From positions 271,685 through 335,684 of the forward strand of contig DDYE01000017.1 in the NCBI GenBank assembly GCA_002347855.1: a stretch of 64,000 nucleotides of DNA, given 5' to 3'. The stretch comes from Fidelibacterota bacterium UBA2242. Its GTDB lineage: Bacteria > Fidelibacterota > UBA2242. The notes below the pieces were generated by a model, which was given only the letters and a program-made list of their open reading frames with translations, was not told where the DNA came from and ran no database searches. The translations under genes and the position numbers were made by a program. Below, one piece after another: positions 29,368 through 40,248 of the stretch (its first letter is position 1; each line of letters begins with the position of its first letter).

Positions 29368-31483
29368 TTTATTTGTCCAATTTCACGGTTTTAGCATTTA
29401 TTATTTTGTTGCCTTTTTGATTGCTTTGGGGCTTTATCTCTATCTCTCTTTGAAGAACAAAAACAGTACTCCTCGAGCCATCGAACGCTGGCTGCTGATT
29501 CTGCGGACGATAACACTGACGCTGCTATTTTTTATAGCGCTGCAACCCGAAGTGCACTGGCAGAAGCAGCATAAAATTCCGCCCAAAGTCATTCTATCTC
29601 TCGATAACTCACTCAGCATCGCAGCCCAAAAGGGATTTCAGCGTGATAGCTTATTACACAATTTGGAAGTGCTCGAAGAACATCTTGCCAAAAGAAAAAT
29701 ACGAGTGGCAAAATTGGCTTTTGACGCTGAGATAAACGAAAATATCGATGATTTTAGTCGGCTGCATTTTGATGGAGTGGCGACCAATCTTTCTGCCGTC
29801 TTAAAAAGGTTTCAAGAATCGACGGATGAAGATAATTATTTAGGAGCAATTTTAATCACGGATGGCATTGCAACCCGCGGCGAAGATCCTTTGTCTTTGA
29901 ACTTCCATCCGCGCTTTCCGGTTTTTACGGTCGGTGTTGGTGACAGTACGCCTCTATTCGACCCGCGGGTAACGAATTTAGAAATGCCACTTGTAGCAAC
30001 GACTTCTGATACCGTAAAAATAATGACCGAGATAATCCCTCTGGGTAGTGGTGAACTCCTCGATGTAGTGCTGCAGTTAGACAACAAAGTCAGCCAACGG
30101 CACTCCATTGCTACTCAGAATCGAGATTTTCGTCAGGCGGATGAATTCTGCCTGGTTATCAATAAACCGGGCATCCATAAAATCAAAGTTGCCATCCAGC
30201 CCAGGAATGACATAAATCCGTATAATAACTGGTCAGAGAGCACGATTCGAATCAATACCGATAAAATCAATATCGTATTAATTGATGGCAGTGGTTCTTT
30301 CGAGGGTAAATTTCTAAAAACTACACTTGGGCGAATGCCTGTAGTGAACGTTATTAACTTAATTCAAACTCAGAAAAATTATATTCCGATACCTTTATCG
30401 GCAGTCCTACCGCGTAAATGGCAGGGCTTGGTCTTAATTGGTTATCCCACTACTAATACTGAGGTCGGTGATTTGACTAAGCTCAAGCGCAAAATTGCTG
30501 CGGAAAAAATTCCGCTCTGGTTTATCATCAATGAGCAAACCGATTTGAACAAGCTAGCAATACTGAGTGGTGAACCGATTTTGCAGGAGATTGTGATAAA
30601 TAAAAGTTCCGAGTCAGTGAATGTCAATTTCAATGAAAGCAATCGGTCACATTCACTCCTTCAAAATATCGGCCTGTATTTTGGTTCTACGCGGGACCTG
30701 GCGAACTTACCGCCATTGGGCATGCCATTTAAAAAGGTAAAACTTGACCCTGACTGGCAGGTTCTTATAAGAGCGGCACCGCCTTACGACTCGCCCATAA
30801 TCGCTTGTCGAGAAACTGGTTTGGTGCGGCAGTCTCTTTATTTAGGCAATGATTTCTGGCGCTGGCAATTCATGAGCGGGGAAGAGAGTGGCTTTTATGA
30901 TGAGTTAGTTAGAAGTACTTTAAGCTGGCTCAGCGATACTTTAAGCCAATCGAATGTACTCCTTTCTATGAATCGGGAAGTATTTTTAAAAGGTGAGGTC
31001 TTAGAAATCGGTGCGCAGGTGTTCGATTTGAAAGGCAAATCTCTTTCCCATGCTTCTGTCGTCGCTAAAATAATCGATGCTAAGGAAGATGCGGTGCTAA
31101 TTCCACTGCAATGGGATGGCTCCCGCTACCTCGGCGAATATCTCTGCGCAGCGGATGGTGAATTTAAACTGCAGCTGAACGCGACGGTTGGTAGTTTCAC
31201 TTATAAGCAGCCGGAACGAATTTTCAAGGTGACTGACCAACCTATTGAACTAATGCAATTGAGGCAAAATGCAGGAGTACTGCACTCGCTTGCCCAGCGT
31301 TCCGGTGGTGAATTAATTAATCCAGTTGGTATGATGAATCTTGCGGATCGCTTTACTTATAAGGAGAAAATCATCACCGTCCAACAAACCCTTAAGTTGT
31401 GGCGTTCAGGAGGAATGTTAATTCTGCTGATGATTTTACTGGTTGGTGAGTGGGTATTAAGACGGCGCTTTGGCTTTCAATAA
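29360..31483 (+). CDS. Membrane protein with N-terminal double-TM anchor, a vWA-like domain (MIDAS DxSxS) and a C-terminal TM (BatA-like extended)
   Basis: Two TM helices lie in the first 60 aa. The MIDAS motif is LSLDNSLSI, followed by ILITDGIATRG. A second DGSGS motif appears at IVLIDGSGSF. A C-terminal TM is present. Confidence 0.45.
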   Translation: MTNLFVQFHGFSIYYFVAFLIALGLYLYLSLKNKNSTPRAIERWLLILRTITLTLLFFIALQPEVHWQKQHKIPPKVILSLDNSLSIAAQKGFQRDSLLHNLEVLEEHLAKRKIRVAKLAFDAEINENIDDFSRLHFDGVATNLSAVLKRFQESTDEDNYLGAILITDGIATRGEDPLSLNFHPRFPVFTVGVGDSTPLFDPRVTNLEMPLVATTSDTVKIMTEIIPLGSGELLDVVLQLDNKVSQRHSIATQNRDFRQADEFCLVINKPGIHKIKVAIQPRNDINPYNNWSESTIRINTDKINIVLIDGSGSFEGKFLKTTLGRMPVVNVINLIQTQKNYIPIPLSAVLPRKWQGLVLIGYPTTNTEVGDLTKLKRKIAAEKIPLWFIINEQTDLNKLAILSGEPILQEIVINKSSESVNVNFNESNRSHSLLQNIGLYFGSTRDLANLPPLGMPFKKVKLDPDWQVLIRAAPPYDSPIIACRETGLVRQSLYLGNDFWRWQFMSGEESGFYDELVRSTLSWLSDTLSQSNVLLSMNREVFLKGEVLEIGAQVFDLKGKSLSHASVVAKIIDAKEDAVLIPLQWDGSRYLGEYLCAADGEFKLQLNATVGSFTYKQPERIFKVTDQPIELMQLRQNAGVLHSLAQRSGGELINPVGMMNLADRFTYKEKIITVQQTLKLWRSGGMLILLMILLVGEWVLRRRFGFQ

Positions 31484-31490
31484 AAAATCC

Positions 31491-31518
31491 TTGCCCTTTA
31501 TGCTGGAGTTAATATAAT
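31491..31518 (+). promoter_or_regulatory. Candidate promoter (TTGCCC-16-TATAAT) in the 160-bp gap upstream of the polysaccharide locus
   Basis: An exact TATAAT -10 hexamer at 31513-31518. Confidence 0.3.
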
Positions 31519-31643
31519 TTCAAACGTGAAAACTACATTATGGCAAAACAAGGTCGGTCAGTAGTAATATAGAGAAGTTGCTAGTAAGTAACACGCCATC
31601 AATTCAATAAAAAAAATCTCTAAACATTTTTGGGAGGCAACTT

Positions 31644-32966
31644 ATGAAGAAGATCGCAATGGTAGGGGTTGGTTATGTCGGTTTAGTATCAGGGACCGGC
31701 TTGGCAGATTTTGGTAATGAAGTTATTTGTGTGGATATTGACGAGGACAAAATTGAGCGCCTGAAAAAAGGTATAATTCCTATTTACGAGCCCGGCTTGG
31801 CAGATTTGGTCAAAAAGAATGTGGAAAAGGGTCGTCTGAGCTTTACAACTAATTTCGTCAAAGCCATCGAACAGTCGGAAGTCATTTTCTTAGCGGTGCC
31901 AACTCCCTCAGCGCCCAATGGCGAAGTCGATTTATCCTACATCTTCAACGCTGTTGATACCATTGCAAAACACTTAAGAAGTTATAAAATCATCGTAACC
32001 AAAAGCACGGTGGAAGTCGGGACGAATGACAAAATTCGTCAGTATCTCATAGAGCATGGTGTTTCTGAAGATTTATTCGATGTGGTTTCCAATCCGGAAT
32101 TTTTACGGGAGGGTTCGGCTGTCGATGATTTCATGCGTCCTGACCGCGTCGTTATTGGTACCAGTTCTCCTAAAGCACTGGAAGTCATGCGCGAGATCTA
32201 TCGCACGTTGTATTTAATCGAGACACCAATTGTTGCCACCGACATTCGAACAGCGGAAATGATAAAGTATGCCTCCAATGCTTTTCTGGCTACTAAAATT
32301 TCTTTCATCAACGAAGTTGCCAACCTGTGTGAATTAGTCGGAGCCGATGTTCAGGTTGTGGCGAAAGCAATGGGACTGGATGGTCGTATTGGGAAGAAAT
32401 TTTTACACGCTGGACCAGGATTTGGCGGTTCTTGTTTTCCCAAAGATACCCTGGCTCTAACCAAGATTGCCGAACGGGCTGGGATGCGCGCCACGATTGT
32501 CGAAGCTGTCGTTGCCGTCAATAATAAACAGAAGAAGAGAGTCGTCGAGAAATTGCTGAAATATTTGCCTGATATCAAGAATAAGACAATTGGTATTCTG
32601 GGCTTGGCATTTAAACCCAACACGGATGATGTGCGCGAATCACCGGCTCTGACGGTAATTCAGGAAATCCTGGAGCGCGGTGGCGAAATCAAAGCCTACG
32701 ACCCCGAAGCAATGCACGAAATGCGCAAACATTTTCCTCAAATAACTTATGTAGCCTCGACTGAAGATGCCGTGAAAGGGGTTGATGCTCTCATTATCTT
32801 GACCGAATGGAACGAATTCCGTAATCTCGATTTAAATTATCTGAAGAGTCTCATGAAACGACCGATCTTGATTGACGCGCGCAACATTTACAGTCCTGAA
32901 AAAGTCCTGACGCTGGGATTTATCTATGACTGCATCGGGCGAAAAATCGAAAATAAAGTACAATAA
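31644..32966 (+). CDS. ugd: UDP-glucose 6-dehydrogenase / nucleotide-sugar dehydrogenase
   Basis: MKKIAMVGVGYVGLVSGTGLADFGNEVICVDID is the Rossmann N-terminus. The catalytic Cys sits in the GFGGSCFPKD context. Confidence 0.8.
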   Translation: MKKIAMVGVGYVGLVSGTGLADFGNEVICVDIDEDKIERLKKGIIPIYEPGLADLVKKNVEKGRLSFTTNFVKAIEQSEVIFLAVPTPSAPNGEVDLSYIFNAVDTIAKHLRSYKIIVTKSTVEVGTNDKIRQYLIEHGVSEDLFDVVSNPEFLREGSAVDDFMRPDRVVIGTSSPKALEVMREIYRTLYLIETPIVATDIRTAEMIKYASNAFLATKISFINEVANLCELVGADVQVVAKAMGLDGRIGKKFLHAGPGFGGSCFPKDTLALTKIAERAGMRATIVEAVVAVNNKQKKRVVEKLLKYLPDIKNKTIGILGLAFKPNTDDVRESPALTVIQEILERGGEIKAYDPEAMHEMRKHFPQITYVASTEDAVKGVDALIILTEWNEFRNLDLNYLKSLMKRPILIDARNIYSPEKVLTLGFIYDCIGRKIENKVQ

Positions 32967-32977
32967 TAAACGGTGGG

Positions 32978-34009
32978 ATGAATATGAACCGGGAAGGGAA
33001 AATGGTCTATCTGGTTACGGGTGGGGCTGGTTTCATCGGTAGTAATTACATTCATTATCTTTTTCGGCGCTACCAGAATATCAAGGTCATTAATCTTGAT
33101 AAATTGACTTATGCTGGAAACTTAGCCAATCTGACTGACCTGGAAAGTAATCCTGACTATATTTTCGTCAAAGGTGACATCTGTGACCCAGCAGTAGTAC
33201 ACCAGATATTTCTTGATTATCGTCCTAATTATGTCGTGAATTTTGCGGCTGAAAGCCATGTTGACCGAAGCATCGGTAAGCCCGATGATTTTATCCGTAC
33301 CGATATGTTTGGAGTTTTTATTTTGCTGGAAGCAGCCAAGGAATTTGGCATTGACCGCTTTATTCAAATCAGCACTGATGAGGTGTATGGTTCGATTCTC
33401 AGCGGTTCTTTTACGGAAGAGTCAACCCTGCGACCGAGTAATCCCTATTCTGCTAGCAAAGCCGGCGGCGATCGTCTGGCATATTCATATTTTGCTACCT
33501 ATGGTTTGCCGGTAATTGTGACCCGAGCCTCAAATAATTACGGACCCTATCAATATCCTGAAAAGTTGATTCCTCTCTTTGTAACTAACGCCATCGAAGA
33601 CAAACCCTTACCGCTTTACGGTGATGGAAAAAACATTCGTGACTGGTTATTTGTCGAAGATCACTGTGACGCTATTGAATTTATCTTGCGGAATGGCAAG
33701 AATGGCGAAGTTTATAACATTGCTGGTGGTAGTGAAAAAGAAAATATCGAAATCACAAACCTCATTTTGGAGTTAGTTGGCAAACCTAAAAACTTAATCA
33801 GATATGTGCCAGACCGAATCGGACATGACCGGCGCTATTCACTGGATGCTACGAAATTAAAAAATTTAGGCTGGCAAGCGAGTCACAATTTCCGAGAAGC
33901 AATCGAATTAACAGTTAATTGGTATATCGAACATCCCGAATGGTGGAAACCACTCAAGAGCGGCGAATATCTCGAGTTTTATAAAAAACATTATAAAATG
34001 GAGCTGTGA
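32978..34009 (+). CDS. rfbB: dTDP-glucose 4,6-dehydratase (alternative start at 33002)
   Basis: The Rossmann fold is VTGGAGFIGSN. The YxxxK motif is YSASKAGGDRL. Length is 343 aa. Confidence 0.8.
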   Translation: MNMNREGKMVYLVTGGAGFIGSNYIHYLFRRYQNIKVINLDKLTYAGNLANLTDLESNPDYIFVKGDICDPAVVHQIFLDYRPNYVVNFAAESHVDRSIGKPDDFIRTDMFGVFILLEAAKEFGIDRFIQISTDEVYGSILSGSFTEESTLRPSNPYSASKAGGDRLAYSYFATYGLPVIVTRASNNYGPYQYPEKLIPLFVTNAIEDKPLPLYGDGKNIRDWLFVEDHCDAIEFILRNGKNGEVYNIAGGSEKENIEITNLILELVGKPKNLIRYVPDRIGHDRRYSLDATKLKNLGWQASHNFREAIELTVNWYIEHPEWWKPLKSGEYLEFYKKHYKMEL

Positions 34010-35652
34010 AAAAATTGATAAAAAGCCGTTTTTCAATCGCTTTGCTTTGTGTCCTGACATTTGCTAAGGCCCAAACTTATTTTCCAAGTTCTAACCTTTC
34101 CCAAATAAGCTCAAGCTTGGGGTTACGAACACAGACGACGGGGGCTTATGAACGTTTAACGCCGGGTGATTATCAATCCATCGACGAAAATGAGTATCAG
34201 ATAGACGCGGGTGATGAACTGACAGTCAAAATTGACCCACCCGGTCCTGAGATTAAGACATACTCTGTCAAAATAACGTCGGATGGCTACTTCGTTGTCC
34301 CAGACGCTCCTGGAATTTATCTGCGCGGTATGAAGTTGTGTGATGCCCGCCAAAAGGTCAGTAGTCATTTAAAAAAATATTGTCCCGATTCCGAAGTCGA
34401 ATTCTATCTGGAAAAAGTTCACCCCATTAAAATCAATCTTACTGGTGCTCTCGAAATTGTCAAGGATTGGAATCTGAATTCAGGCTATCGCTTGTTCGAT
34501 TTTTTAGAGCAACTGATTACCGTCTATCGCAACGACTCGCTCCTCAATCTAAAATTGAATCAGGCCTCTTTACGTAATGTCAGCCTCAAACAATCCGATA
34601 CCACTTATTCTTTTGATTGGTGGGCGTATCGAACTGAGTTAACCCAACAACCAAACCCCTATTTGAGAGATAACGATTTAATCAATATTCCTTATCGTGA
34701 TACAAGTTACTATTTGATAAGTATTGCCGGAGCGGTAGGCAATGAGACTAAGTTTGAATTTAAACCGGGTGATGATTTACATACTGCGTTGACTTTTGCC
34801 GGTAGCGTACTTCCATCGGCCGATTCTAATCGGATTGAAGTATACCGTTTTAAAGGAAAGAGTGACCAGTTCGATATTCTGACTCTCCAGATACCTCGGG
34901 ATTTGCATTTTTTGCTCCTTCCTGATGACAGGATTTATGTACGGACTAAACCGCTGTTTCATTCCAAGGCTTTTGTCATTATGACTGGAGAGCTCAAGTA
35001 TCCCGGAATTTATCCAATCGAAGAGGACCGCACAACTTTGTCCGAAGTGGTCCGGCAGGCAGGTGGTTTTTCACCTTATGCTTCAATTAAACACGCGCGC
35101 TTATATCGCATTTTAGGAGTACCCGGTGGGGCAGAACTGCGGAAATTGATTCAATCCATGCCCCAATCAATGTCTTTAAGCTGGATTGAAGGCAATTTCT
35201 GGCGCTCGGCTGCTAAAGAGAATCTCAGCATTGTTGCCTGCGATTTTGAAAAACTGTTTAATCAGAAGGATAAATCCCAGGAAGTGGTCTTGAAAAACCT
35301 GGATAAGATTTTTGTGCCTTCGACCCAATCATTTGTCTTTGTAACCGGTGCGGTGGTCAATCCAGGAACAGTCCCCTATGTCCCTAACTGGACTTATCGG
35401 GATTATATTCGTGCAGCTGGAGGAGCGAAAAATCGTGCCCGACTTGGACGTATCAAAGTCATAAAGCATAATACCGAGACTTGGTTGGATGTTAAACAAG
35501 CCAAGGAAATCGAACCGGGTGACCGCATTTTTATACCCCTAAAAGACGAACAAGAACCGTGGACGATTTTTATGCAAGGATTGACAGTTGTGACCCAAAT
35601 TATAACGATTATTATCGTGTTACGCAATATTAATCCAAAGGTGACCGGATGA
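34006..35652 (+). CDS. wza: Polysaccharide export outer-membrane protein (Wza-like, SLBB domains)
   Basis: Signal peptide present. Repeated soluble-ligand-binding beta-grasp modules, for example IFVPSTQSFVFVTGAVVNPGTVPY. A C-terminal TM helix is present. Confidence 0.7.
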   Translation: MKKLIKSRFSIALLCVLTFAKAQTYFPSSNLSQISSSLGLRTQTTGAYERLTPGDYQSIDENEYQIDAGDELTVKIDPPGPEIKTYSVKITSDGYFVVPDAPGIYLRGMKLCDARQKVSSHLKKYCPDSEVEFYLEKVHPIKINLTGALEIVKDWNLNSGYRLFDFLEQLITVYRNDSLLNLKLNQASLRNVSLKQSDTTYSFDWWAYRTELTQQPNPYLRDNDLINIPYRDTSYYLISIAGAVGNETKFEFKPGDDLHTALTFAGSVLPSADSNRIEVYRFKGKSDQFDILTLQIPRDLHFLLLPDDRIYVRTKPLFHSKAFVIMTGELKYPGIYPIEEDRTTLSEVVRQAGGFSPYASIKHARLYRILGVPGGAELRKLIQSMPQSMSLSWIEGNFWRSAAKENLSIVACDFEKLFNQKDKSQEVVLKNLDKIFVPSTQSFVFVTGAVVNPGTVPYVPNWTYRDYIRAAGGAKNRARLGRIKVIKHNTETWLDVKQAKEIEPGDRIFIPLKDEQEPWTIFMQGLTVVTQIITIIIVLRNINPKVTG

Positions 35653-36635
35653 ATGAACATGCAGTAAGACACCCGTTAATTTTCTTCATTTGGCGTCATT
35701 GGTTGCGCAATTTTCTAATTTATATTTTAATTTGTATAGCAATTTTTATCAAGATTTTCTTCTATACAGATAAGGAGTATACCGCCAGTTTGACGATTAT
35801 ACCCAGCGCTGCCAATTTTGCTTCTGGCATAAGTGGACAGGTCGGTGTATTAGCCGGTCTGGCGGGTATTAATCTTGCTAATATCTCCGGTCAGAGCCAG
35901 GAAATGTATAAGGGAATTTTGACTTCACGGCGGTTATTGACGACAGTGTTATTTGATTCATTTACCGTTAGTAATCCAACCTTACCGCAAAAAGCTCGCC
36001 TGATTGACTATCTTGATATAGAAGGGCGTGACGGGCGGGATTCTCTGGAAAAAGCCCTAAAAAAATGCAATGAAGAGGTACTCGGAATTGGTATCAATGC
36101 TGATAATAATATACTAAACCTATCTGTTACCCTGCGCGATCCCTTTCTTGCCGCTGCAGTTGCCAATCGTATGGTAATATTACTCGATGAGATCGTCCAG
36201 AAGCAGGTTCAGCGAGAATATCGCGAACAGTTTAATTATCTGACATCGCGTCTGGCTGAAACGGAAAGCAACCTGAAAGTTGCGGAAGAGAAATTGAAAA
36301 ATTTCCTGGAAAATGTACGTAATCCTAATTTACCTTCTAATCAGGTCGAAGAATTGCGCTTACGGCGGGAATTAGAATTACAATCGGTTATTTATGCCGA
36401 GCTGCAAAAACAGAAAGAGACACTGATTTTGCAGAATATGATAAACCTCAGCCATATCAAAATCCTCGACCATGCCATTCCACCGTACCGTAAGAGTAAA
36501 CCCAAGCGGGCTTTGATGCTAATAAGCTTAAGTTGTTTGGCTGCGGTTGGGTTGATAGGTGTTAATGGGAGCCTCTTAATTTATCGGAAACTTAAGCAGG
36601 ATTTTAATCACAGTCAGCTTGAACTTGAAAAATAA
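35649..36635 (+). CDS. wzz: Chain-length determinant protein (Wzz/PCP family)
   Basis: N- and C-terminal TM helices flank a coiled-coil periplasmic region. Confidence 0.6.
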   Translation: MNEHAVRHPLIFFIWRHWLRNFLIYILICIAIFIKIFFYTDKEYTASLTIIPSAANFASGISGQVGVLAGLAGINLANISGQSQEMYKGILTSRRLLTTVLFDSFTVSNPTLPQKARLIDYLDIEGRDGRDSLEKALKKCNEEVLGIGINADNNILNLSVTLRDPFLAAAVANRMVILLDEIVQKQVQREYREQFNYLTSRLAETESNLKVAEEKLKNFLENVRNPNLPSNQVEELRLRRELELQSVIYAELQKQKETLILQNMINLSHIKILDHAIPPYRKSKPKRALMLISLSCLAAVGLIGVNGSLLIYRKLKQDFNHSQLELEK

Positions 36636-37923
36636 CCATTTCCGGCAATATCTCAACAATCGGGAATACCGCAAATTGGCATTTAACTTTACCAATTTTG
36701 GGGTATTTCAGGTCATTAATTATATAATTCCCTTAGTAGTCATTCCATATATTGTACGCGTCATTGGAGTTGAGAAGTTTGGTATCATAAGCTTTGCTCA
36801 AGCTATTTGCTACTATCTACTGATTGTTGTTGAGTATGGTTTTACAATAACTGGTGTCCAACTAATTGCCCAAAATCGTCATAATCAAGCCAAACAGTCT
36901 GAGATATTTTCATCGATAATTATTATTCAAATATTGCTTATGATACTTGGCTTGGCTCTCATCGGGTTAGGAGCACTCCTTTTTCAAGAGGTGCGCCAAT
37001 ATTTTTTGATTTATCTTTTTTCCTATTTGTTGATTCCAGGACAAATAATGGTCGCCCTCTGGTTTTTTATCGGGGTAGAGGAGATGCAGTATCTCAATTA
37101 TGTTAATCTCATTGCCCGCTTAAGCTATATTGCCTTAGTATTTTTATTAGTTCATCACGAAAGTGACTATCCTCGGATTCCTTTGCTTAATGGCATTTCC
37201 TATATTCTGGGAGGGATTTTTAGTCTGGGATTTATCTTTCGCAAATTTAAAATCCGTTTGCAACTGGTTGGAATAGATAAACTGTGGTTTTATTTAAAAG
37301 ACGGGTGGCATCTCTTTGTATCCAATTTTGCTATTAACTTATATCGTAACTCAAATGTAGTCCTCCTCGGTCTGGTCGCCAGTAAAGAGGTTGTCGGCAT
37401 TTATAGTGCTGGTGAGAAAGTAATAAAAGTATTTCAGTCGGTATTTACTCCAATTACACAGACTCTATTTCCATATTTCTCGCGAATTAAAACATCTCAT
37501 CCTGAACGGAGTTTACGATCTATTAAGCTCTTATTAAGAGTTATGTCGCTATTTGCAGGGACGATTACTGTTCTATTAATGCTGGGAGCCAAGCCCTTGA
37601 CAATCCTCATTCTGGGTAAAAGTTTTCTATCCGCCCAGGCAATAATTAAAATCACAGCCGCGGTAGTAACTCTGGGTGTCTTGAATTACATCCTGGGCAT
37701 TATATTTATGACCAATTACGGTCTAAAGCGTGAATTTTCACGGAGTGTTCTTTTGACGGGTGTGTTCAATCTCTTTATTTGTCTCGGACTGTCCTATTTT
37801 TGTCAAGCTATAGGCGCAGCCATAGCCTTCACGGCTGCGGAATTTTTTCTCTTTACTCTTTTAGTTTATTTTATCTTGCGTAATAAATCAAAATGGATGC
37901 AGACTGATGATTTCCAAAGTTGA
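36619..37923 (+). CDS. wzx: Oligosaccharide flippase (Wzx, MOP superfamily)
   Basis: About 12 TM segments with MATE-like polysaccharide biosynthesis protein topology. Confidence 0.7.
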   Translation: MNLKNNHFRQYLNNREYRKLAFNFTNFGVFQVINYIIPLVVIPYIVRVIGVEKFGIISFAQAICYYLLIVVEYGFTITGVQLIAQNRHNQAKQSEIFSSIIIIQILLMILGLALIGLGALLFQEVRQYFLIYLFSYLLIPGQIMVALWFFIGVEEMQYLNYVNLIARLSYIALVFLLVHHESDYPRIPLLNGISYILGGIFSLGFIFRKFKIRLQLVGIDKLWFYLKDGWHLFVSNFAINLYRNSNVVLLGLVASKEVVGIYSAGEKVIKVFQSVFTPITQTLFPYFSRIKTSHPERSLRSIKLLLRVMSLFAGTITVLLMLGAKPLTILILGKSFLSAQAIIKITAAVVTLGVLNYILGIIFMTNYGLKREFSRSVLLTGVFNLFICLGLSYFCQAIGAAIAFTAAEFFLFTLLVYFILRNKSKWMQTDDFQS

Positions 37924-38971
37924 GCCACTCGTAACTATTATCATCTTAAACTGGAATAAATGGCAAGATACAGTCGAATGTCTCGCAAGCTTGAGCCATC
38001 TTACTTATCCTAATTATCGTATTGTGCTGGTCGATAATAATTCACTTAATGATTCTGTGACTCAGATAAAGGCTTTCTTAACGGGTCAGAGAGTGGAAGG
38101 CATTCAGACTCATTTCTCTCAATTGGTTGAAAGACCCGATATGACCAAACTGCAATTCATGATTCAAAAGATTGATAATTACCCATTCGATTATTCCTCT
38201 TTTCAAGATGACAGCGGGCAACATTTATGGTTGTTGCTTTCGGAAAACCTTGGTTTTGCGCGGGCAAATAACTTAGCAATTGCAATAGCTAGCCAGCTCT
38301 ATAACCCGGATTATTTCTTTTTGTTGAACAATGATACTGTCGTTGAACCTGATGCCGTGACGCATTTAGTGACGGCTATGACTTCCGACGCGACGATTGC
38401 CGCGGCGCAACCGGTCATTTACTATTATTCTAATCCCGTTCAGATTGCCAATGCGGGAGGCATAATTTTGCCCTGGGGACAGACACGCTATTATACCAAA
38501 ATTAGAGCCCATACCTGGCAGAAAATTACGTTCATCAATGGTTGTGCCCTTTTTTTACGTCGAGAAACTATCGAAAAGTTCGGCGCACTCACCGAGCGTT
38601 TCTTTTTTGCGGAAGAGGATTTTGAATATAGTCTACGCTTAAAACGGCAGCGTGCCAGGGCAATTTGTGTTGCTGATAGTAAGATATATCATAAAATCGG
38701 AGCATCAGAGATTGCACAAAATATTGAACGGAAAGTGGTTTTATTTGCCGTCAACCGGCTGGTTGACCTGAAACATTACTATGTGCCTATTATCTGGCGT
38801 TTCTGGGCAAGCCTTAGTTTGCTCTATTTCTGGGGTCTCTTGTTTTTTAAATATCGGGTTGGCTGGAAAAAGTCTGCTAATCTAATTTCTGAAGCCAGGC
38901 AATGGGTTCATCAAGTTTCTGAAGTTGATAAAGATACGGTTATGGCAATTCTCCGAAGGGGCGTTCAGTGA
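37907..38971 (+). CDS. Glycosyltransferase family 2
   Basis: VTIIILNWNKWQDTVECLASL...VLVDNNS is the GT-A N-terminus. A DxD-like motif follows. Confidence 0.75.
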   Translation: MISKVEPLVTIIILNWNKWQDTVECLASLSHLTYPNYRIVLVDNNSLNDSVTQIKAFLTGQRVEGIQTHFSQLVERPDMTKLQFMIQKIDNYPFDYSSFQDDSGQHLWLLLSENLGFARANNLAIAIASQLYNPDYFFLLNNDTVVEPDAVTHLVTAMTSDATIAAAQPVIYYYSNPVQIANAGGIILPWGQTRYYTKIRAHTWQKITFINGCALFLRRETIEKFGALTERFFFAEEDFEYSLRLKRQRARAICVADSKIYHKIGASEIAQNIERKVVLFAVNRLVDLKHYYVPIIWRFWASLSLLYFWGLLFFKYRVGWKKSANLISEARQWVHQVSEVDKDTVMAILRRGVQ

Positions 38972-40248
38972 TTTTACAACTCACCAGTTTAATGTTTGCG
39001 GGAATTGTAACCTGTCTGACAGTTTTTGATAAGCGTCGCCTTAATACTATTTTAACGCCCTTCACAGTAACTGCCTGGCCCTTTGTGATAATATCTTTGT
39101 TGGTCAATTTTGTTCTGGTTTTTCTACAATTCAAGCCAATGACTCTGCGGGTACATTTTTTTATTTTAGCGAATTTGCTCATCCTCTGGCTTAGTGGTTT
39201 TGTGCTTGCCTTTTTTGTCAATGGAGGCAACCAGAGATTAGATGAGACTCCTTTGAGCGCTATTTTCAAGGTGTTTGCATCTTACGAACTTTTTCTTGTG
39301 ACAGTTAGTTGGTTAATTATTGTTGTGACTCTCTATCGGGCTTATAGCCTGCTAAGGATTTATGGTGGATTTACCTTCTTAGGTGACTATCGTTTTGAAG
39401 AATTGATGATTGTTGGTCCCGTTGCCCATCTTGTGCAAGTTGGTAAGGTCTGTTTTCTTTTGCTCTGCTTTATTTATAAGAATTCTAAGCACAAAGTGTT
39501 AATTTGGTTGACGCTGGCTGGATTGTTCATTGCTATTGCTGCTATTCAGGTGAAATACCATCTGCTCTGGTTGTTAATCATAGCGTACTTTTTCTATTAC
39601 CTTGAGAAGCCGGTAAAACAGCAGGTCAAAAATTTACTTTTAGTTATGTTTAGTGTGATAGTAATTATGAATTTGTTCTGGATTCTGCTGACCTTAGCGT
39701 GGGGGACTTTCTCCATTTCCAGTCGAGGTATCCATGAATTTTTAATTAAACAGACCATGAATTATATTACAACCGGTCCAGTAGCCTTAGACCAGTGGTT
39801 ATCGCATGGAGACTGTAAGCCAGAGTGGACGCTTTTGCTCGTATTCCTGAATTTGAAAAATGTAATTATGGGTAATCCTCTCCGGTTAAGTGGTTTAAAC
39901 TATGTCAATCTGGGTTTTATCGAGACGGGTCCAGGTTTGAGTTCTAATGTTGGTACCGCGTACGGGGTATATTATCTCATTGGTGGCTGGGTGTTTACTC
40001 TTTTTATGACAACCATAGTTTCGCTTTTTTCATACTGGATATTTTACAAAACTCGGCAGCGGAAAAATCCTTACTTAGTATTTTTTAATCTTCTGGCATT
40101 AACCTTAGGAGTTTTGACTTTTTTCGTCCAGTATTTTACTCTCCTGTCACTTTACGAAATGACAGCAATCTATATGTTCTTAATTGCCGTTTTTCAGTTC
40201 TTGAATTATATGAAAGCCCAACAATTACCGATAGAGTTAAGCCATTGA
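38968..40248 (+). CDS. wzy: O-antigen/oligosaccharide polymerase (Wzy-like) membrane protein
   Basis: At least 10 TM helices and a large loop. Position between glycosyltransferases in a wzx-containing locus. Confidence 0.55.
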   Translation: MILQLTSLMFAGIVTCLTVFDKRRLNTILTPFTVTAWPFVIISLLVNFVLVFLQFKPMTLRVHFFILANLLILWLSGFVLAFFVNGGNQRLDETPLSAIFKVFASYELFLVTVSWLIIVVTLYRAYSLLRIYGGFTFLGDYRFEELMIVGPVAHLVQVGKVCFLLLCFIYKNSKHKVLIWLTLAGLFIAIAAIQVKYHLLWLLIIAYFFYYLEKPVKQQVKNLLLVMFSVIVIMNLFWILLTLAWGTFSISSRGIHEFLIKQTMNYITTGPVALDQWLSHGDCKPEWTLLLVFLNLKNVIMGNPLRLSGLNYVNLGFIETGPGLSSNVGTAYGVYYLIGGWVFTLFMTTIVSLFSYWIFYKTRQRKNPYLVFFNLLALTLGVLTFFVQYFTLLSLYEMTAIYMFLIAVFQFLNYMKAQQLPIELSH

